Source of the DNA: Longimicrobiales bacterium | Lineage (GTDB): Bacteria; Gemmatimonadota; Gemmatimonadetes; Longimicrobiales; Gaopeijiaceae | Assembly: GCA_965202805.1 (NCBI GenBank) | Contig: OZ241869.1 | Span: 2,272,001-2,336,000 of the forward strand | Direction of reading: 5' to 3' | Length of the DNA stretch: 64,000 nt | Shown here: positions 42,609 through 53,073 of the stretch, piece by piece | How the letters are laid out: each line of letters begins with the position of its first letter | Numbering within the stretch: position 1 is the stretch's first letter | The notes under the pieces: model-generated | Database searches by the model: none | What the model was told of the DNA's origin: nothing | Seen by the model: only the letters and a program-made list of their open reading frames with translations | Position numbers and translations under genes: made by a program

Positions 42609-43682
42609 GTGAGCATGGAGTGCGGGGTCTTCCACACCCGCTACGAGTCGGACATGGGGCTCCGCCCGCGGCCCGCGCAGCGCATCCGGCTCGCGGTTCT
42701 CGCCCTGTTCGTACTCGTTCTTCCGTTCGTGGCCAGCAGCTACTGGCTGGACCTGGCCAACCAGGTGGCCATCGCCACCGTAGGCGCCATCGGCTTGAAC
42801 ATCCTCGTGGGCCATACCGGCCAGATCTCGCTGGGTCAGGGCGCCTTCATGGCGATCGGGGCCTACACCGCCGGGCTGTTGACCCTCAACTTCGGGGTTC
42901 CGTGGGGCGCGAGCGTGTTCTGCGCGTGCATCCTCACCGCCTTGGCGGGCACCTTCTTCGGGCTCCCTTCCCTGCGCCTCAAGGGCCTCTACCTCGCCAT
43001 CGCCACCCTGGCCGCACAGGAGATCGTGGAGTGGGGCATGACCCACTGGACGGCGGTCACGGGCGGAACCGAGGCCATCGTCCTGCCCGCCCCCCGCATC
43101 TTCGGCGTTCGCCTGAACAGCACCTTCAATTTCTACTGGGTCGCCGTGCTCACGGCGGCGGGCACCGCGCTCTTCGCCGCCAACCTCTTCCGCAGCCGGA
43201 TCGGCCGCGCCTTCGAGGCGGTGCGCGACCAGGACGTCGCGGCGAGCGTCATCGGGGTCGATGTCTTCCGCACCAAGCTGCTGGCCTTCGCCACTTCGTC
43301 GTTCTTCGTCGGGCTCGCGGGGGCGATGATCGCCTTCTACCGCAACATCATCACCTGGGAGCGATTCACGCTGAACACCAGCATCGTCTACCTGGCGATG
43401 ATCATCGTCGGGGGCCTGGGCTCGATTCGCGGATCGTTTCTGGGTGCGGCGCTGATCACGCTGCTGCCCGCCATGATCACGAACGTGGGGCGGGCGATCC
43501 AGGATACCGCTCCCCAGGCGGCTTCCCTTCTCCCCTACGCGCAGCAGGCGGTGTTCGGGATCGTGATCATCCTCTTCCTCATCTTCGAGCCCCGGGGACT
43601 GTCCAAACTATGGGAGAACGTGAAAGACTACTTTCATGTGTGGCCGTTTGCGTACCGGCGCGGCGAGAGTCGGGCCAGCTGA
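42609..43682 (+). CDS. ABC permease (LivM-like)
   Basis: GHTGQISLGQGAF, GLYLAIATLA, IIVGGLGS, EPRGL. Confidence 0.92.
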   Translation: MSMECGVFHTRYESDMGLRPRPAQRIRLAVLALFVLVLPFVASSYWLDLANQVAIATVGAIGLNILVGHTGQISLGQGAFMAIGAYTAGLLTLNFGVPWGASVFCACILTALAGTFFGLPSLRLKGLYLAIATLAAQEIVEWGMTHWTAVTGGTEAIVLPAPRIFGVRLNSTFNFYWVAVLTAAGTALFAANLFRSRIGRAFEAVRDQDVAASVIGVDVFRTKLLAFATSSFFVGLAGAMIAFYRNIITWERFTLNTSIVYLAMIIVGGLGSIRGSFLGAALITLLPAMITNVGRAIQDTAPQAASLLPYAQQAVFGIVIILFLIFEPRGLSKLWENVKDYFHVWPFAYRRGESRAS

Positions 43683-43694
43683 AGGACGGAGATC

Positions 43695-45038
43695 ATGAGA
43701 AAGATGAGCGGGATAAAAGGGGTACAGGTCGGGATTGGACGATGGGCGGCGGGATTGGCCGACGTGCTGGCGGGCGAGCGGACGAAAACACCGATGACGG
43801 AACGGGCGAAGGCGTTGGCCATGGGACCGGGGAAGGCATGGACGACGCAGCGGGCGAAGGCGTCAGCAAGGGCGTTGGCCGCGGGCGCTGCGATGCTCGT
43901 GTGCGTCGCCTGCGGGGGCGCCGGCGCCGACACGGACGACAACAGCATCAAGGTGGGGGCCATCTTCGACCTCACCGGACCCACGGCCGACGTGGGCACC
44001 GACTACGGTGACGGGGTGCGCGGCTTCGCCGACTGGACCAACGCGCGGGGCGGCATCGAGGGGCGTCCCATCGACCTCATCTTCCAGGACTACGGATACC
44101 AGGTCGACCGCGCCGAGCAGCTCTACAGCCAGTTCGTTAACGAGGGCGCCGTGATCTTCATGGGATGGGGCACGGGCGACACCGAGGCCCTGCGCATGCG
44201 CATCGCCGAGGACGAGATCCCGTTCAGCTCCGCGTCCCTCTCGCATCGCCTGGGGGATCCGGCGGAGGCCCCGTACAACTTCCTGCTGGCCACGACCTAC
44301 AGCGACCAGTTCCGCATCGCCCTCGACTGGATCGCCCGGAACCACGGCGAGGGAACGCCCATCGTCGCGCTGATGCACAACGCGAGCCCCTTCGGGCTGT
44401 CCCCGGCGAATCAGGGCGGGATCGAGTTCGCCCGGGCGCGGGGCATCGACCTCACGCTCTACGAGATGCCGCGCGGGGCGGTGGACTTCACCGCCGAGTT
44501 CTCGCGCATCCGCCAGAGCGGCGCCCATTACGTCGTGTTCCAGAATACCTCCGGACCGGCCGCGGTGGCGCTCCAGAACGCGCGCAGCCTGGGGCTGGAC
44601 GTCACCTTCTTCTGCCTGAACTGGTGCTCGAACGCCCAGGTGGTGCAGTTGGCGGGAGACGCGGCGGAGGGCCTGATGGGGACGATGCCGTACGCGCCGC
44701 TGAGCGTGGATGTACCCGGCACGCGCGTCATCCGGGAGTACCTGGAGTCGAAGGGTGAGTCCGCCGAGGAGAAGACGAACGCGTACACGCAGGGCTGGTG
44801 GACGTTCGCGGCGTTCGCCGAGGGGATGCGGCGGGTGCTCGCGGCTGGCCGGGAACTCACCGGCGCGAACATCAAGGCTGCCCTGGAGACGCTGTCCGAC
44901 TACGACATGGGCGGGGTGACCGCGCCCGTGACCCTCACGCCCACGGACCACCGCGGGTCCAGGGGACTGCGCATCTTCCGGGTCGAGGACGGGGCCTGGG
45001 TTCCGTTCACGGACTTCGTCCAGGCGCCGGCGTCCTGA
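43695..45038 (+). CDS. ABC substrate-binding lipoprotein (LivK-like)
   Basis: Lipobox CVAC, IKVGAIFDLTGPTA, GWGTGDTEAL; true start may be downstream. Confidence 0.88.
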   Translation: MRKMSGIKGVQVGIGRWAAGLADVLAGERTKTPMTERAKALAMGPGKAWTTQRAKASARALAAGAAMLVCVACGGAGADTDDNSIKVGAIFDLTGPTADVGTDYGDGVRGFADWTNARGGIEGRPIDLIFQDYGYQVDRAEQLYSQFVNEGAVIFMGWGTGDTEALRMRIAEDEIPFSSASLSHRLGDPAEAPYNFLLATTYSDQFRIALDWIARNHGEGTPIVALMHNASPFGLSPANQGGIEFARARGIDLTLYEMPRGAVDFTAEFSRIRQSGAHYVVFQNTSGPAAVALQNARSLGLDVTFFCLNWCSNAQVVQLAGDAAEGLMGTMPYAPLSVDVPGTRVIREYLESKGESAEEKTNAYTQGWWTFAAFAEGMRRVLAAGRELTGANIKAALETLSDYDMGGVTAPVTLTPTDHRGSRGLRIFRVEDGAWVPFTDFVQAPAS

Positions 45039-45048
45039 GGGCGCCGGG

Positions 45049-45936
45049 ATGACGGATTCGGCCGCTGGACGCGGAGCCGCGTCGTCGTCGAATGGCCGGT
45101 CGGACGCGGCTCGTTCCTCGGCGCACCGCGCGGGCGCGGACGCGCCGCTCCTCGGTCTCAACAACATCGAGGTCCTCTACGACGACGTGATCCTCGTGCT
45201 GCGGGGGTTGTCGCTGGAGGTGGCCGAGGGGCGCATCGCGGCCCTTCTGGGATCCAACGGCGCGGGCAAGACCACGACCCTGAAGGCCATCTCGGGGCTG
45301 CTGTATGTGGAGGACGGCGAGGTCAGCGACGGGACCATCGTCTTCGACGGCGAGGAAATCCAGGGGATGGACGCCCACCGCATCGTGGAAAAGGGCGTCT
45401 TCCAGGTGCTCGAGGGGCGGCGGGTGTTCGAACACCTCACCGTGCGCGAGAACCTGCTGGCCGGGGGTTACACGCGCGGGACGCGCGGGCTGAACGCCGA
45501 GGCGGACAAGGTCTACCACTACTTCCCGGCGCTTGCGGAGCGGCGCGGGCAGCTCGCGGGCCATCTCTCGGGCGGCGAGCAGCAGATGCTGGCGCTGGGA
45601 CGGGCGCTCATGGCTTCGCCGCGCATGATGCTGCTCGACGAGCCCTCGCTCGGGCTGGCTCCGATGCTGGTCGAGAGCATCTTCGAGATCGTGCAGCGCA
45701 TCAATCGCGAGGAAGGGACCACGATTCTGCTGGTGGAGCAGAACGCGCGCATCGCGCTTTCGGTCGCCGACTACGGCTACATCATGGAGGGGGGACGGGT
45801 GGTGCTCGAAGGCGCCGCGGAGGAACTGCGCACCAATGAGGACGTCAAGGAGTTCTACCTGGGGCTGGGCGAGGGCGGGCGGCGGTCGTACCGGGACGTG
45901 AAGCACTACCGGCGGCGGAAGCGGTGGCTTTCGTGA
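45049..45936 (+). CDS. ABC ATPase (LivF-like)
   Basis: GSNGAGKT, LSGGEQQM, DEPSLGLAP, DVKEFYLG..YRRRKRW. Confidence 0.92.
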   Translation: MTDSAAGRGAASSSNGRSDAARSSAHRAGADAPLLGLNNIEVLYDDVILVLRGLSLEVAEGRIAALLGSNGAGKTTTLKAISGLLYVEDGEVSDGTIVFDGEEIQGMDAHRIVEKGVFQVLEGRRVFEHLTVRENLLAGGYTRGTRGLNAEADKVYHYFPALAERRGQLAGHLSGGEQQMLALGRALMASPRMMLLDEPSLGLAPMLVESIFEIVQRINREEGTTILLVEQNARIALSVADYGYIMEGGRVVLEGAAEELRTNEDVKEFYLGLGEGGRRSYRDVKHYRRRKRWLS

Positions 45937-46026
45937 GAGCGCGGGCGTCGTGACCGGCGCACCCGGCTCGCGCCGGAGCGACGAGCGTCTTGACCGAGGC
46001 GGCGACCCTCGCCTTCCCACTGCAGC

Positions 46027-47262
46027 ATGGAGGCGCCCATCGTGACGGGCAGACCGACGGACTGGGACGCGCTACAGGACCGGCTGGCGGCGCGCGCCGT
46101 TGCCTGGGGGACCGAGCGGAGCAGGGAAATCCGGCGGCGGCTGAAGGGCGCCGGGATGTCGGCAGGGGACGTCGCGGGGTTGGCGGACCTGCGGGCGATT
46201 CCGGTTCTGGCCAAGGACGACCTGCCCGCCCTGCAGGCCGCCGATCCGCCTTTCGCGGGGATGCTCGCGGTGGCATCCGGCTCGCTCGCGCGCATCTACC
46301 GCTCGCCGGGGCCGATCAACGACCCGCAGGGGGCCGGCAACGACTTCTGGCGGTTCGCTCCGGCCTTGCGGGCCGCCGGCTTCCGCCCCGGCGATGTGGT
46401 GTTGAACAGCTTCTCGTACCACCTGACGCCGGGCGGTCTGATGCTCGACGGGGGACTGCGCGCAGCCGGATGCGCGGTGATTCCGGGTGGCGTGGCGGCC
46501 ACGACCGCCCAGATCGAGGCGGCGCGCGCGGCGGGCGCGACCGGCTACACCGGCACGCCCCAGTTCCTGCTTGCCCTGCTCGAGCGGGCCGCGGAGTCGG
46601 GCGGACCGCTCGGGTTCGAGCGCGCACTGGTGACGGGCGCACCCCTGCCGCCCTCGTTGCGCGCCCGCCTCCAGGACGGCTTCGGCGTGGACGTCTACCA
46701 GGCCTACGCCGCCGCGGACACCGGGCTGATCGGCTACGAGTGCGCGGAGAAGGACGGGTGGCACGTGGCCCCCAGGGTGGTGGTCGAGGTGCTGGTCCCC
46801 GGGGACGACCGCCCGGCCGCGGAGGGGGAGGCGGGGCAGGTGGTGGTCACCAGCCCGAACGAGGTCTACCCGCTGGTGCGGTTCGGCACCGGCGACCTGT
46901 CCGCGTGGAAGCGCGCGCCCTGTCCGTCCGGCCGCCCCGGCCCCCGCCTGACGGGCTTCCTGGGCAGGGTGGGCGAGGGGGTCAAGGTGCGGGGGATGTT
47001 CGTGCACCCCCGCGAACTGGCCGCGGTGCTGGGGTCCGATCCGGCGGTGACGCGCCACCAGGCGGTGGTGTCCGCCGACGGCGCGCAGGACGTGTTCACC
47101 GTGCGGGTCGAGGCGGCACCCGGGGCCGTGGTCGAGGCCACCACGCTGGCCGCCCGCATCCGCGAGGCCGTGAAGATCCGCCCGGTCGTGGAGGTGGTGG
47201 GGCCGGGGGGCATCCCGGACGACGCGCGGCCGCTGGTGGACGCCCGAAGGGAACAGGGTTGA
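46027..47262 (+). CDS. Phenylacetate-CoA ligase family protein
   Basis: SPGPINDP, FSYHLTPGG, YPLVRFGTGDLS, KVRGMFVHP. Confidence 0.85.
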   Translation: MEAPIVTGRPTDWDALQDRLAARAVAWGTERSREIRRRLKGAGMSAGDVAGLADLRAIPVLAKDDLPALQAADPPFAGMLAVASGSLARIYRSPGPINDPQGAGNDFWRFAPALRAAGFRPGDVVLNSFSYHLTPGGLMLDGGLRAAGCAVIPGGVAATTAQIEAARAAGATGYTGTPQFLLALLERAAESGGPLGFERALVTGAPLPPSLRARLQDGFGVDVYQAYAAADTGLIGYECAEKDGWHVAPRVVVEVLVPGDDRPAAEGEAGQVVVTSPNEVYPLVRFGTGDLSAWKRAPCPSGRPGPRLTGFLGRVGEGVKVRGMFVHPRELAAVLGSDPAVTRHQAVVSADGAQDVFTVRVEAAPGAVVEATTLAARIREAVKIRPVVEVVGPGGIPDDARPLVDARREQG

Positions 47263-47465
47263 GGCTGCCATCCGGCTTGCGCGGTTCGGCCATACCGGCC
47301 AAGAGTTGGAGGTCGCCAAGCCGAACGGGAACCAGTGCGGACTTCCGATCCAGACCCTCCCGGCAGCCGGCTTCGCCCTCTCCTGAGTGTTGGCACCGGG
47401 ATGCAGGGGTGGCCGGTCAACGGCCTGCCCCCACCGGGCGGTTTCCCATGCATGGAGTCGCTTCC

Positions 47466-49739
47466 ATGACGGTTCGTGCGCCTCTCGACGGCATCCGCCG
47501 GCATCCGCTGGCGCTCGTACTGTGTCTTGCGGTCGCCCCCGCGCTCGCCATCCCCCAGGTCTACGCGCAGGAGCCGGAGCAAGCGACCGTGTTCGAGGGC
47601 GATGTGCGCGACGCGGGCACCGGTGAACCCCTGTCAGGAGCGCACGTGTCGGTGGTCGGCAGGGAAACCAGGGCGGTCACCCGCGGGGACGGGACCTTCC
47701 ACCTGACCGGGCTGCCCGCGGGTGTGCACATCCTGCGAGCCGATCGTCTGGGGTACCGGGGCGTGACCGTGGTGGTAACCGTGGGGAGCGTGCGCGCGCG
47801 CCGGGCGGTGGCAGAGTCGGCGGAGGTCGTGATCGAGTTGGTGCCGTCTCCCATTGCGGTGGAGGGCCTGGTGGTGACGGCGACGATCAGCGAGCGCGCC
47901 GCGGCCGAGGCGCTCCGACCGGTCAGCGTCATGGCGGGCGATGTCCTGCAGCGCCAGATGACGGCGACCGTGGCGGGCACCCTGGCGTCAATTCCGGGGA
48001 TAGCCGCCGCCAGGACGGGTCCGTCGGTCGCGCAACCGGTGATCCGGGGACTGGGCGGGGACAGGGTGCTGATGCTCGAGGACGGGACCGCAGTCGGGGA
48101 TGCCTCCAACTCGGGCTCGGACCACGCCACCGCACTCGATCCGTCGTCGGCTCGGCGCATCGAGGTCGTGCGGGGTCCCGGGGCGCTTCTCTACGGGGGC
48201 AACGCGCTGGGCGGCGTCATCAACGTCATCCGCGACGAGATCCCGTCTGCCGCGCCGCACAACCTGACGGGCGCGGCGACACTGCAGACCCAGACGGCAA
48301 CCGGCTCGCTGGCCGGCAGCGCGTCAGCCGTAGTTGCCATCGCGGAGAGCGTGCCGCTGCGCGTGGAGGCGACCGCCCGGACGGCGGGAGACCTGAAGAC
48401 CCCCGGCGGCACGCTTCTCAATACCGACGGCGAACTGTGGATCGGGGGTGCGGGGACGGCCTACGTGGCCGATTGGGGTCGCCTGGGGGCGTCCTCTCGC
48501 GGCTACCGCAACTACTACGGCATCCCGGGCGGCTTCGTGGGCGGGCACGGCGAGGGGGTGCGGATCGAAATGGAGCGGGTCGCATCGAAGTTCCGGACCG
48601 TGGTCGACGAGCCAATCGGGCCCTTCCACAATCTCCGCTTCGACGCGACCCACAACTGGTACACGCACCGCGAACTCGAAGCACCGGACATTGTGGGCAC
48701 GGTCTTCGACCAACAAGGCGCGAGCGCGGACATCCTGGGTCGGCATGGGAGGTGGGGACCGTTCACGGGGGGCGCGATGGGCGGCCGGGCGTCCTGGGAG
48801 GACTTCGGATACGGGGGCTCCCTGTACACGCCGGACACGCGTCGGCTCAAGGCGGCGCTGTACCTGCTCGAGGAGATCGACCTGGGCTCCTTCCAGATCG
48901 AGTCGGGGCTGCGCTACGACTGGACCCTGACCGATCCGGGGGAAGACCGGGTTTCGGACATCGGTGAGATCCGCGACCGCCGATTCCCCTCCCTGTCAGG
49001 GTCGTTGGGTGTCCTTCACAAGTCCGCCTCGGGGCTGGTGCTCGGCGCCAGCGTTGTCCGGGCGTTCCGCGCACCCGACGTCACCGAACTCTATTCGGAA
49101 GGACCGCATCTTGCGGCCTACGTCTTCGAAGTCGGCAACCCGTCTCTGGAGGGCGAGGTCGGAAGGGGGATCGATGTCTTCGCCCGTTTCGAGTCCGACC
49201 GGATCAGGGCCGAGGTGACCGGCTTCCACAACGACATCACGAACCACATCTACGGGGAGGCCACGGGCCGCCTGAGCCGCGTGCGCCTTCCCATTTACCA
49301 ATTCCATGGCAACGACGCCGTGTTCAGCGGCTTCGAGGCCGGCGTCGACGTTGACGCCGGGCGGGGGCTGGCGCTGGAGGGAGTGGCCTCGGCGGTGAAC
49401 GGCCGTCTAAAGGGGACCGGTCAGCCTCTGCCTCTCATTCCTCCACTCAAGGGACATTTGGCCGTGAAGTACGAGAAGCCGTCATGGTATCTCCGGGCGG
49501 AGGCCGAGATGGCGGACCTGCAGGACAGGGTTGGTGAATTCGAGACGCCGACGCGTGGGTACACCGTCTTCAACGCCGCAGCGGGGATGCGGGTTACGCT
49601 CGGCGGACGTCTGAACGTCCTGACCGTCAACCTCGTCAACGCCATGAATGCCGAGTACCGCAACCACCTTTCCCGGGTGAAAGAGATCATGCCGGAGGCC
49701 GGACGGAGTCTGAACGTCAGCTATCGGGTGGTGTTCTGA
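47466..49739 (+). CDS. TonB-dependent receptor (ZnuD-like) with N-terminal CarboxypepD_reg domain
   Basis: Signal peptide, PVIRGLGGDRV plug, IEVVRGPGALLYG, YGIPG, GNPSL.E, YRNHLSR..PEAGR, terminal F. Confidence 0.92.
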   Translation: MTVRAPLDGIRRHPLALVLCLAVAPALAIPQVYAQEPEQATVFEGDVRDAGTGEPLSGAHVSVVGRETRAVTRGDGTFHLTGLPAGVHILRADRLGYRGVTVVVTVGSVRARRAVAESAEVVIELVPSPIAVEGLVVTATISERAAAEALRPVSVMAGDVLQRQMTATVAGTLASIPGIAAARTGPSVAQPVIRGLGGDRVLMLEDGTAVGDASNSGSDHATALDPSSARRIEVVRGPGALLYGGNALGGVINVIRDEIPSAAPHNLTGAATLQTQTATGSLAGSASAVVAIAESVPLRVEATARTAGDLKTPGGTLLNTDGELWIGGAGTAYVADWGRLGASSRGYRNYYGIPGGFVGGHGEGVRIEMERVASKFRTVVDEPIGPFHNLRFDATHNWYTHRELEAPDIVGTVFDQQGASADILGRHGRWGPFTGGAMGGRASWEDFGYGGSLYTPDTRRLKAALYLLEEIDLGSFQIESGLRYDWTLTDPGEDRVSDIGEIRDRRFPSLSGSLGVLHKSASGLVLGASVVRAFRAPDVTELYSEGPHLAAYVFEVGNPSLEGEVGRGIDVFARFESDRIRAEVTGFHNDITNHIYGEATGRLSRVRLPIYQFHGNDAVFSGFEAGVDVDAGRGLALEGVASAVNGRLKGTGQPLPLIPPLKGHLAVKYEKPSWYLRAEAEMADLQDRVGEFETPTRGYTVFNAAAGMRVTLGGRLNVLTVNLVNAMNAEYRNHLSRVKEIMPEAGRSLNVSYRVVF

Positions 49740-49761
49740 CGCGCGCATACGCGAGCTTCAG

Positions 49762-50868
49762 CTAACGCGCCAGCCAGGCACTGAAGCGCTCGTTGAGTTC
49801 GTCCTGGCTGTCGACCCAGAACGCCCAATCGTAACGAAGCGCACGATCCACGTTGCCCGCACTGGCCGGCATGTGGGGCGCCATGTCAACCCCTGCGACT
49901 ACATGGGTCGTCACCAGCGGCATGCCGGATCTGCGCGCCGGGGAATAGGAGATGCGGCGGCCGATCCGCGCCAGAGACTCGGCGCTGGTGCTGAAGGCCA
50001 CGTATTCAAGTGCCTCTTCCAGCCTCGGTGTACCCGCGACGATCCCGGTCTGACCCACGTCCAGCAACTGCCCGTCCCAAACGATCACGAACGGTTGGTC
50101 CTCCAGGATCTGGGCATTGAAGATGCGGCCGTTGTACGCCGTGCTCATGACCACTTCCCCGTCAGCCAGCAACTGCGGTGGCTGGGCGCCCGCCTGCCAC
50201 CACACCACCTCGTCCTTGATCGTTTCGAGCCTGGCAAAGGCCCGGTCCAGGCCCCCCGCGGTCCTCAACGTGGCGTACACCTCGTCGAGCGGCACGCCAT
50301 CGGCAATCAGGGCGAACTCCAGGTTCACCTGCGGCACCCGCCGCATCCCGCGGCGGCCCGGGAACCTCTCCAGGTCGAAGAAATCCGCCATGGTGGCGGG
50401 CTTCCCGCCCGGGAAGTTCTCATCGTTGTACGCATACACGGTCGACCAGTACAGATTGCTCACCCCGCACTCGGTCTGGCTCTCGGCCACGAAGTCGTCG
50501 GCCGCGAGAGTCCCGTCGGGTCCGGGAGGCAGATCGTCGATGTCGATCGGCTCGAGCAGCCCCTCGTCGCAACCGCGCACGGCATCCGCGATTTCCAGGT
50601 CGACCACATCCCAGTGGATGTTGTCGATGTCCACCTGGGCCCGGATCTCGGCCAGACCGCCGTTGTAGGTCGCCATGCTGACACGGATGCCGGTCGCCTC
50701 GGTGAAGGGAATGTTGGCGCCCTCGTTGACGGCACGACCGTAGGAGCCTCCCCAGGACACGACGGTGATCGACTGCCCGGCGACGGTGACGAGCGGGACG
50801 CCGGAAAGGAGCGCAGCGAGCGCCGGGATGGTCACCGCCAGACAACGTCTCCCGAACCCCTGTCTCAT
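49762..50868 (-). CDS. Polyamine-type ABC substrate-binding protein (PotD/PotF-like), orphan
   Basis: VVSWGGSY, WDVVD, FFDLERFPGRRGMR, LEFALIADGV, AYNGR. Confidence 0.88.
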   Translation of the reverse strand: MRQGFGRRCLAVTIPALAALLSGVPLVTVAGQSITVVSWGGSYGRAVNEGANIPFTEATGIRVSMATYNGGLAEIRAQVDIDNIHWDVVDLEIADAVRGCDEGLLEPIDIDDLPPGPDGTLAADDFVAESQTECGVSNLYWSTVYAYNDENFPGGKPATMADFFDLERFPGRRGMRRVPQVNLEFALIADGVPLDEVYATLRTAGGLDRAFARLETIKDEVVWWQAGAQPPQLLADGEVVMSTAYNGRIFNAQILEDQPFVIVWDGQLLDVGQTGIVAGTPRLEEALEYVAFSTSAESLARIGRRISYSPARRSGMPLVTTHVVAGVDMAPHMPASAGNVDRALRYDWAFWVDSQDELNERFSAWLAR

Positions 50869-51043
50869 TCCGCTTCTCCTTGGTGGGTGAGTGCACGGCA
50901 ATCGTCGGCGACCACGGGAAGATACCATGTCGCGCGGGCTTGCGGCGACCGCGGTCCCCGGCGCGGCTCGGCAACGGGTATGGACCGCCGCGGGCACCAC
51001 GCCGTACCTTGAGCCCAGATTGGTCCGAACCCCGGAGGTTGCG

Positions 51044-52135
51044 ATGAAACGCCGTATCCCACCCCGCGCGCATCCGGCTCTCAGGTTGATCGCCGCGGGC
51101 TTCCTCGCTCTGGCTCTCTCGTTCCCCCTGGCCGCGGTCGCCCCCGCGGCGGCCCAGTCGGGCGAGGTTCGCATCGTCCAGACGAATTCGGCGGGCGACA
51201 ACGTGCACATCATCGACCCGGTCACGAACGAGGTCGTGCACATCCTCGAGGGGATCCCGAAGGCGCACGGCGTCGCGGCGCAGCCGGACGGGAGCGTCCT
51301 CTATTTCAGCAACGAGATCCACCGCACGCTGGAGATCGTGCCGACGGACGTCATGAAGGTCACGGAGCGCATCCCGCTCTCCGGACGGCCGCACAACGTC
51401 GCGATCAGCAACGACGGCCGGAAGGTCTACGTCGCGATCATCCAGGATTGCAGTTGCGTCGATGTCGTGGACCTCGCGAAGGGCGAGGTCGTCAAGTCGA
51501 TCGCTACGCTGGGGACGGTGCACAACGTGTTCATGTCGCCCGACGGGCGGCACGTCGCGGCGGGGATGATCGGCGCGCGCACCCTGACCATCATCGACAC
51601 CTCGATCGACGAGGCCATCTGGTCGCTCCATTTCAGCGGTCGCACCACGGGCGGCTACGCGGACGGGGGCGTGCGGCCCATGGCGTTCGAGACCCATCCG
51701 GACGGCTCGACGAAGCGCCTGTTCATCCAGATCTCCAACTTCCACGGCGTCTACGTGGTGGACTTCGCGCAGCGGAAGGTCGTCGAGAAGCTGGACATGC
51801 CGAGCCTCCCGATCTCGCGCGTGACCAACGACGCGCTCCAGGGATCGCCGGGCCACGGGCTCGCGGTCTCGCCGGACGGACGCCAGCTCTGGTCGACGAG
51901 CAAGCCCAACGGGCACGTCTATGCGTGGTCGCTGCCGGATCTCGAATACCTCGGGGGCGTCGAGGTCGGCTACATCCCCGACTGGCTGACGATGACACCC
52001 GACAGCCGCTACCTGTACGTGGCGAACGCCGGCTCGAACGACGTTTCGGTCGTCGATACGCAGGAGATGAAGGAGATCGCCCGCATTCCGGTGGGCCAGG
52101 TGCCGAAGCGCAACAAGACGGTGGTGTTCCCGTGA
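51044..52135 (+). CDS. Secreted YVTN beta-propeller protein
   Basis: GGAGG RBS, signal peptide, LYVANAGSNDVSVVD, HG/HN blade starts. Confidence 0.85.
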   Translation: MKRRIPPRAHPALRLIAAGFLALALSFPLAAVAPAAAQSGEVRIVQTNSAGDNVHIIDPVTNEVVHILEGIPKAHGVAAQPDGSVLYFSNEIHRTLEIVPTDVMKVTERIPLSGRPHNVAISNDGRKVYVAIIQDCSCVDVVDLAKGEVVKSIATLGTVHNVFMSPDGRHVAAGMIGARTLTIIDTSIDEAIWSLHFSGRTTGGYADGGVRPMAFETHPDGSTKRLFIQISNFHGVYVVDFAQRKVVEKLDMPSLPISRVTNDALQGSPGHGLAVSPDGRQLWSTSKPNGHVYAWSLPDLEYLGGVEVGYIPDWLTMTPDSRYLYVANAGSNDVSVVDTQEMKEIARIPVGQVPKRNKTVVFP

Positions 52136-53073
52136 GCCGCGCGCCCGCACGGTTCGTGACGGAGCGGTCCGGCCCGGACGCATCGCCCGCTGAATGTGGC
52201 GGGAGTCCGGTTCGGAGACTGCCGGCGGGTGCGACCCTCGGGCGGTCCGGCCTCGCGGTTGCCATCGCGCTGATCGCGTCGATCCCCGGTGCCGGCGAGG
52301 CCACGGGCCAGACGCCGCTGAGCTTCGAGGACTACCGCGAAACGGTCGAGCCGATCTTCCTGGCCGACCGGGGCGGATGGGGTCCCGGACGTGCGCCCTG
52401 CGCCACCTGCCACGCCGAGCAGGGCACGCCCCTGCGCCTGCAGCGGCTCCGCGAGACCGCCGAGGGAGAGGTCTTCTGGTCGGAAGAGGATTCCCGCAGA
52501 AACTTCGAGGTCGTCTCCCGCCTGGTCACGCCCGGGGATCCGGACCGCAGCCGGCTCCTGAGGCAGCCCCTCGTGGAGTCGGCCGGCGGTTCGCCACTCC
52601 ACGTGGGCGGGAAGTTCTTCGAATCGAAGGAGGACCCGGAATGGCGCGCGATGGCCGACTGGGTCGCAGCGGCGGATCCCGTCGATCCTTCCTTCGGACC
52701 GCGTCTGGACGCCGACTTCTTCCGTGACTGCGTGCAGCGGGTCTTCCTCGACAAGCGCCCCGGCGACGTGGAGTGCGTGCACTGTCACGCGTCCGGCGTG
52801 CGCGGCTTCGCCCCGCCCGTCCCCGAGGGCCGCGACTTCTGGAACGAGGAGGAGACACGGCGCAACTACGCGATCGCACGCCGCTACGTGGAGCCCGGCG
52901 AGCCGATGATGAGCCGTCTCCTGACGCATCCGCTCGCGCCCGCGGCAGGAGGCGACTACTTCCACGGCGGCCCCCGGCGCTGGGCATCGACCGAGGACCC
53001 CGAGTGGCAGATGCTGGCCGCCTGGGTCCGCGGCGAGACCCCCGCATGTGTGGTCGGCGAGGGCGATCGCTGA
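52132..53073 (+). CDS. Secreted di-haem c-type cytochrome with internal duplication
   Basis: CATCH and CVHCH; two homologous halves (W.EE.SRRNF..PG.P..SRLL..PL...AGG...H.GG..DPEW..W); GTGA overlap. Confidence 0.75.
   Translation: MSRAPARFVTERSGPDASPAECGGSPVRRLPAGATLGRSGLAVAIALIASIPGAGEATGQTPLSFEDYRETVEPIFLADRGGWGPGRAPCATCHAEQGTPLRLQRLRETAEGEVFWSEEDSRRNFEVVSRLVTPGDPDRSRLLRQPLVESAGGSPLHVGGKFFESKEDPEWRAMADWVAAADPVDPSFGPRLDADFFRDCVQRVFLDKRPGDVECVHCHASGVRGFAPPVPEGRDFWNEEETRRNYAIARRYVEPGEPMMSRLLTHPLAPAAGGDYFHGGPRRWASTEDPEWQMLAAWVRGETPACVVGEGDR

Noticed and set aside
43790..43880. CGGGCGAAGGCGT repeat in the substrate-binding protein's N-terminal extension
   Set aside because: Two short copies in a region of uncertain start; probably a local duplication without function.
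45990..47465. N-terminal 490 aa of the 1249-aa TonB receptor ORF
   Set aside because: Overlaps the paaK-like gene in another frame; the signal peptide begins near 47466, so this is not a real fusion.
47263..47465. Possible cobalamin riboswitch before the TonB receptor
   Set aside because: A GGGAA is present but the GGTG..AATCC and GCCACTG core elements are not recognisable; an Rfam search is needed.
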